Part shown: piece by piece, positions 56,714-64,000 of the stretch | How the letters are laid out: every line of letters starts with the position of its first letter | How positions within the stretch are numbered: position 1 is the first letter of the stretch | Source: Enoplolaimus lenunculus | Taxonomy: Eukaryota | Reading direction: 5' to 3' | DNA: 64,000 bases | NCBI GenBank assembly: GCA_030248215.1 | Contig: JASANG010003525.1 | Location: forward strand, 248,001 to 312,000 | The notes under the pieces: model-generated | The model's input: the letters and a program-made list of their open reading frames with translations, nothing else | Databases searched by the model: none | Told to the model about the DNA's origin: nothing | Made by a program: the position numbers and the translations under genes

Positions 56714-59700
56714 TAATTATTTTCGTTTTACGATATATTAAATTGTTTGATGCTTATCTCGTGTCGCGTATTATGTTTATATTTTTTTGATTTTTTTAAA
56801 AGCTGATTCAGCAACAATGATAATAAACTAAAGTATATATTATTACAATTACGCATATTTTTCTCAATGTTCATGACGCTGTAATTACGTATATAACTGT
56901 TGCTTTCGGGATAGTGTTTGTCAACGAAAAATAACAAACGGCTACGTTCATGTGTAAGCTTGAGTTGAGCTAGAAATAGCACATACAATGTTGCTGAAAT
57001 TCTTCGCCCGTTTTATGGAATTCTAAGATTTGACTTCACGTTTTATTGCAAGTTTAAGTAAAACGATTTATTCATCTTATGGGGCGCCAAGGACATTGAC
57101 GAAATTCAGAACAATTATTAACATCTGTTACTGATGGAGCTAAAAGTGGTAAAGCTTCTAATTCTATTGTCGGACGTTAGTTTGGCTTACAGATCCTAGA
57201 TTGAAAATTAATGTTAGCGAACAATGCAATTTTTGTGTGCGATGATGCGGCATATCATCTATTCTTATCATCGCAGGATAGAATAATCACAAACAACATA
57301 TCTAACGCAGCAGTGCAATAGATGTAACAATTCCTATATGCGCGTGTTTACTCATGCTTATACTTGCAAAATATTTCGCGTGTTTTCGGTTATTTATTGT
57401 GCGCTACTTTCAAAAATTGGGTTGGTGTACTCTTTGTGTTTGCCATTAAAGTAGCACCGATCCGTCTAACAATAGAAAATTTTCTGTTTTCGATGTCTTT
57501 TCAGTACGTATGATCGTTCAGGATTGCCATTTTATAATTTAAATTAATTTTTGCAGTGGCTTTTTAAATTCCATTTTAAAGATATTCAGATTTTAGTGTA
57601 AGAATGCAATGCCAATCGTTTAGGTTTCTGTTTATTAAAAGTAGTTCTCTTAGGTTGCATTTGCGCAGTAACTAAAAAACTTTGAATCCATATAAAGGAA
57701 CATCGAATTTTAGCTTTTTTTCTCGAGATGTGACGTTAGGTTGATTTCATCCTAGGGTAAGTGGAGTCATATTTAATGGATTCGAACTATTTTGTTTGCA
57801 GGTTTGCTCTCTTTTTCCGCACTAATTATTGCACGTGGCATGGCAGTATACTAGTGAAAATTGTTTAGTTTATCACAACATTTTGCTTAAATTTATTTTA
57901 CGTATAGCCTTGACTTGTATATCAATAATTAAGCAGAGAGGTAAAATAGGTAAAATGTCTTTAAAGTGCAAAACAATTTAGCAGTGATATAGTTTATGTT
58001 GACTGGGTTTACTTAACTCGACTCGTAGATACTTATCATCTTAAGCAAAAACAAATAAAAGCTAGATGTAAAGACACTATCATAACAAGAATGCTATAGT
58101 TTTGCTTTATATTAATGAGGCATTGAGTCCCATGTAGTTTCAATTATGCCAAGGTTATTATGTTTGCACTTAACTCGCAAGTACGCATTTAAAACAACAA
58201 AATGGTTAAGTAAATTGTTTAGTATATACAAATTTTACAATAGTAAGAACTGGACTTCAGTACTTCATTAATAAAATGTCTTTATTTTGGCTTCAGGTGT
58301 TGGACCTCTCAGTAAAAAATGGATTTTGGTGATTGCGTGTACTAAAATAGTCTTCAGTATCGTAATGCGTTTGCTTCAGTTTAACAATGTTTTATCCGCC
58401 AAATTAATTCAAGTATATAGCAGGATGTTACACAACGGCCTATATGCCTACGATCTGAATCTCTAGCGATGTATTTGCTGCGTATATACCAATTTGTGAA
58501 ACAGTCATTTTTACGTTCTCAACTTGTTTCTGTAAGTTTTCAAGTATGAGTTATTATAAAAGCTTCAGCATTTTAGGCCTACGTTGTATCCTGGTAAAGT
58601 ATCAAACCTTGATGCATGACTTTATATTTTTGCGTATGAAATAAATGACCGAGTGTTTGATGAAACTGGGCTTTTCGCATTTGTGGTCTCCGCTGGTGAA
58701 CTCCAAAAATGTACACTTTCATTATTTTTGCAGCTTAAGTGTGAGAACCGCGTAGTGCGGGGGGTTCAGGGGGGCGGCAGGCCCCTGAGAACGTAATTTA
58801 AAAACGAGTATATATGGAGGATGGAACGTTTTATCTCGGGAAGTTGTTTTTATTGTGTTCTCAAAGGTGCATACCGGAAATGGAAAGTAAAAATATACCG
58901 GAAATAATACTTGTTACCAAAAAATCGCTATTCTATCGCCTTTAATACTGTAAGCACATCAGTTAAGAGTGCTAAAATCCAGGAACAAATGCAATACGTG
59001 CGAACTCATGATAAATTATGGAGTATGTATGACAAATTGAAATTTTTGGCAATACACGCTCAGACAATTTTAGATGCCAATTTTTCTTAAATTTTCAAAT
59101 GAAAAAGTTTTCAATACTGAAAATTCCGGTGAAAACATACCGGATTTATTACCAGAACCGGATAGTGAGAAATACCGGATTTCACTACCGGAACCGGAAT
59201 TCCGGTTGCACCCTGCCTCCAAACTCCCACACTTATATCCGAATTTTCCAAAATCCGGAGCGAAAAACGCTGCGCCCAAAATCCCAATTTCCCAGGTTAT
59301 ATCCGAAATTCCGACTACGGCTTCCTTGAGCCTTACGCAATTTAAAAGGACGCTACGAGCAGGATGGGGTTGTCGCCGCTCAAGGCCTCATTAAGCGGTT
59401 TATTATTCAGACAGCTAGAATCGTTGATCTGATAAAGTACTTTTGGACTGTTTTGGTGTATATGAGAAGAAAGTCGGTTTTCTGGGGGTTTGAATTCAAA
59501 AGTTACGAGCTCATGGGTTCTGTGTAATAGGAATTCCAAATGTGCCCTTTACAGATTGTCAAATTTGTTAGCTAGCCTTTTACTAATTAGCATCATACCA
59601 GAATTTAAAATAACGTTCAGTATGTAATCTCGTTACACGGCTTGGAATACGTATATAAGCATTTAGTACTCGATGGTGTGTATTAAATGCAAATTTTTCC

Positions 59701-62700
59701 TTGGGCTAATTTTGCGATAATTTAAACATATAAAGACATTATTCCGATAATTATCAAGCTTACCTTAAGTTTCTCTTAATTTTGGCATGTTTAACTGGGT
59801 ACAACCGGAGGTATGGCTCAGATTCCGGCAGAAAAACGGCCTCCGGAGGTTACAGCAATTTCGGTAGTAAAATTTTACATAATTTTGCAAAATGTATCTG
59901 TTAGCGCGTTTCGATGTACATTTGTCACAATTTTCAGGAAACAATTTCCGAAATTTCGCAGAAATGTAGCGTAAAACCAAACTTAACAACATATTGCAGA
60001 TATTGGCTAGCTTAGGCATAGGTTTTGGCTTAGGAATAAACTCATTCTTACGCTTATGTTTTGGCTTACGCATAGGCTTAGGCTTAGGAATAAGCTTAAA
60101 TACTGTTCCGCCCCTGTTCTTTACATTGGCCACTTGTATGTATTTGAACTGAAACCTGAACGCAATTGGGTTTAAACCTGCAAGCGTTTAAAGGAACGAG
60201 CTGAACATTTTGAACGTAATTTGTAAGCAATTACAAGAAATCAGACTTTAATTTTCAGAGCGTAACTTAATGTTTCAGCAACACTAAACCGTGATAAACC
60301 GTGCCAACTGACTAAAAATAAACTGTCCAGTCAAACTAAATACCAGTCTGTCAAGTAAATGAATCGTTTACCATGTAAACTGCACTAATAATTACCATTC
60401 GCCAACTAAATTCCACTCCAAAACTATTTAGGTAATCGCTAAATAAAATTCCAATATAAGCAGTGGTTATGAAACAATCTTGTTTAATAGCAAAAATCTG
60501 CAAGATTAACCAATTCGGTCAGTAAAACAAGCCTAATAGTTGGCAAAGTAAATTCTGTCGAAAATAGGCGCAGTTGCTACGAAATATTTCGCTTAGTACG
60601 CCATCATAAAAGCTTGCAATATATTATTCTTAAATAAGCAAAAATGCTAATTGTTTCAGAAGCGAAACGAAATTGCAATGTTGCCTGGTTGCTAACCATT
60701 CAAAACTGTAAAACGTTCGCCTAATCACCATAAAATACTTTAACATGAATCAACTTTGAATATATTTTATTTTTTCATCTCCGAATAAACGAAATTTTTC
60801 TCAAAAATTTTCTGAGCGGGAAAATTGTAAGGTAGCAACCTTATCATTTTTTACAAAAAATTCTGATGGGGAAAATGTAAGTTATTGACCTTTCCATTTA
60901 TCGCAAAAAAATTTTGACGAGGGGGCATACGCCCGCCCCTCGCCTCTTCATCAGCCCGTGCTGCTTTCTCACTAGACCGCAATAGAGTAGGCTTGAATTT
61001 AGACTAATTTTTTGCTTGGGCTTAGGCTTAAGCTTGGTTTTAGACTTGTGTTTATTACGCCGAGGAGGCTTAAACTTAGGAATATGTTTTAGTGGTTTAC
61101 ATTGCTAAAAGTATTGGTCCAAATCTTCAGTGCCCCCTCTAGTCTTAATATATCACAACCTAATGGTGATTTGGCCCCACATAACCTCCTCTGATGATTT
61201 CAATTGAATTATAATTTTTTAAGACTTATATATACTTTCACTTTTCGTGAACTTATATAGACTACTGCGGAACCAATAAGAACTTTCAGCAGTTGAGAAA
61301 TCTATATTTTTCATGTATATACTGTGTAAAAGCGACGCGCAGAGTTGAATTGCGTCACTTTTTGCGTTTTAAATGACTAATTTAGTGCATCTAATTTTTA
61401 TTAATTTTATAATTAAGTACTTTTTGTTAAAAAATAACAACCAAGACTATTAAGAAGCTCTTTTTCTATCAAACGGACGAAGCTGCTTATTGTGTAAACG
61501 GAACAATTATAGGCTAACATAAATTTTGTAACCGATAGAAAAATTTTTATTTTGTAATAGATAAGAATGGCGCAACACTTTTCGTTCGGCGACGTCCAAC
61601 ACCGTCGTATGGCACCGCAAATTAAAACATTTTGTTTATGAATTGTTGTGCGATGCCATGTAGAAACTCATGCGCTTTGCGGTACAGTGCTGTACAGTGA
61701 CGAATAGCGCTGGACGTTATCAAAAGTATAGTGCCATGTTAAGTATACCTATAATTTATTGTAAACTAAAACGACCAAGCATCTTACTCATGGCCCACCG
61801 TAAGACCGAGGTTATGATAGTATCCAACAAGCCAACAAGATGTATTAAGAAAAGAAATGTTTTCAATATCGTACCTGCTGAATTATGAGTTTTTCTGGCA
61901 GAACTATGACTGGAAAAAGACCAAAGTCAAACAGCTCTAAATTTTACAAAAAATATACACCGTAAAACCAACTACTCATGGATTATCTCCAAATTATCGC
62001 AAAATATGATAAGAAATCTTCGTCTACGCTCTGTAGTCATGTGCAAATGTAAAAATCGATGTACAATATTGCTGAAACGCGAAAAAAATCTGACCATCCA
62101 GAGATTTCGAAAACTAATCACAACAATCCTACATTTGAAGGTCCCTACATTCGAGATAAAGCTTTACAACATAAATATGTCTCGTTTCAGACACGTATCC
62201 ATATATTTTTTATATCCGAAGCGAATATCCGGTGCCCATCTGCATTTTCAATGTGCATCGCAATTCAAAAATAAACGCTTTTGTAATTGTTTGTATTTTA
62301 TTAAGAAGTGCAGGTTTTTAGCTGACAGTATTTTAATATAAAAACATATATGTTTTAGGGCCGTAACCCTAGATTAAGCGCCTTCCTAAGCGTTACCCTC
62401 AAGCCTAAGCGTTGCACGTATTCCTAAGCCTACGCATAAGCCAGAGCAAAAAATGTAAGCCTACTCTTGTACAGACCCGCCGCAAACCAGGACGGCTCTA
62501 AAAGTGACATTGGCCCATCGCATGTATGCGGTGTTGGAGCGTTGATTTCTGGTCTGAAACTGATAAACAGTATGACGTATAGAAGGCCGTTGTTAAACAG
62601 GCAAATGTGCCCAGGTTTCGTTGTATATTTTACTATAGAAAAACGCTTTGAAAAACCAAATTGTCAGCGAAACCATTTGCTATTGGCTGATTAATTTTAT

Positions 62701-63475
62701 TCCCGTTTTGTCAAATTGTGGATCAATCTTGTGAAGTTTTAAACGCATAAAAATGGTGGAACTGAAAAAGATGGGTAAAATATGGTAGAACCTGTATGAA
62801 TTAAGATGGATCACTTGTTTGAAAGACGGAAAATCCCTGGCAACCTTAGAAATGTTATTTGGTCCCGTGTCAAGATGAGGGACGGAACGTTTTTATGCGG
62901 TACTACAAGAGAGTAAACCTTAAGCTTTAGACTATTCTTTTGCTTAAGCTTAGGTATAAGCTGATTCTTGCGTTTAGGCTTAACAGAATTAGGCTTTATT
63001 AGCCAAAATCCGTAAGATTTGTGAAGTATAGATTTGACAGCACTTTTGGGGTAATTTCGATTCTGCATTTGCGGTCTAATTTATTTCATTGAGACCCTGC
63101 GAAGCTGAACTGTCAATGTTACTCTGCAGCATCAAGAGAGTATAATGTAGGGGCCACAATAACTCACGTGCAAGGATGTCCAAAAGTGCAATTCCATTCC
63201 AGACTGCGCACAAAATTTATAATAAAATTATTCCAATTTGGAAACTGAAAATTTTGAACAGTGTTGCATTTTCCCTTAGCAATAAATAAATTTCATAAAC
63301 AATTTCAATACCTGACTACGCAATTTCAAAGATGAAATCAATTCCGTTTGCGTTCGATTTAGCTAGAAAACGAAAATAAAAAGTAAGAAAAGAAACCGTC
63401 GAAAAGAACAAAATTAAGCACCCAAACCTATAAATTTACCCCTTAAAATTTTTTTATCCAAATTTCCTATCTCTT

Positions 63476-63519
63476 CCCCACACACCCCCCCACCCCCCCC
63501 AACACCCCACCCCCCCCCC
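63476..63519 (-). other. G-run tract with G-quadruplex potential
   Basis: Five C-runs of 4 or more on the + strand, separated by short spacers. Confidence 0.55.
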
Positions 63520-64000
63520 TTGAACTCCCTTGAATTCGTTACTGCTAATACAGTATTTGCTTCCCCTGCGCAAACAAATGTTCGAACTTCTAAGCTGAAT
63601 GCCGCTACAACTGCTGTACACTGCGTCTATTGTCATAAAACTTGTGTTTGTTATTGTCTATGTTGACAGCAACACTTTTCAGCACTTTCTGTCGCTTTTA
63701 CTACAGTTTGCTTTGTTAATTTCAGGACTTAAAAAGAATGTTCTTAAAATCCTCTCGTTTTTAGTCGGAATAAAATCCCTTTCTTTTCGTGGTTGAATGA
63801 ACGTGCGACCTTCCTTTATTTAGACTTTTGTCTGCATTTTCAGAAACTATTAAAATTTTTAGGTGTTCATTGCTGTGCTATGTTTCTAAAGCGTTAGGGC
63901 CCATGAATAGAACAGGGCCGGATCGTTTTACGGATAGGCGATAATAGGGTCAGTTTAAGCTTTAGACTAATTTTTTGCTTAGGCTTAGGCTTAGGTATAG

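Noticed and set aside
57000..64000. Additional protein-coding gene or autonomous transposase at the right end
   Set aside because: Only short ORFs overlapping MITEs or UTR-like sequence; no DDE, RT or Rep/helicase motifs seen anywhere in the window.

Overview
Eukaryotic, intron-rich, AT-rich DNA, most likely from a nematode (cuticle collagen gene; abundant degenerate TTAGGC telomere-like repeats). I reconstructed five spliced genes by hand from GT-AG boundaries and reading-frame continuity: the 3' part of a CMIP ortholog (+, 415-7040), a complete PRMT6-like type I arginine methyltransferase (+, 15018-20118), a cuticle collagen (-, 31890-37612), and two head-to-head 14-3-3 paralogs with identical exon structure (-, 46291-51186; +, 52405-56713). 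There is also a candidate orphan single-pass membrane ORF (26913-27395). Introns and intergenic DNA are full of non-autonomous DNA transposons (hAT-like, Merlin/MULE-like, piggyBac-like, CACTG-ended, Tc1/pogo-like, Harbinger-like, foldbacks, mini-Helitrons); I found no transposase. Most notable observations: (1) a head-to-tail array of a ~415-nt, highly base-paired unit with a tRNA-like Pol III head in 14-3-3 intron 1, whose folding spans the monomer junction (retrozyme/circular-RNA-like, but with no canonical ribozyme core); (2) a MITE family with 8-bp target-site duplications (TSDs) that disperses telomere-like repeats (~16 copies or fragments); (3) a minisatellite built from a composite E2F+CHR-like motif upstream of PRMT6; (4) signs of patchy gene conversion and a possible extra exon in the 14-3-3 pair. 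Orthology calls rest on recalled protein motifs, not database searches.
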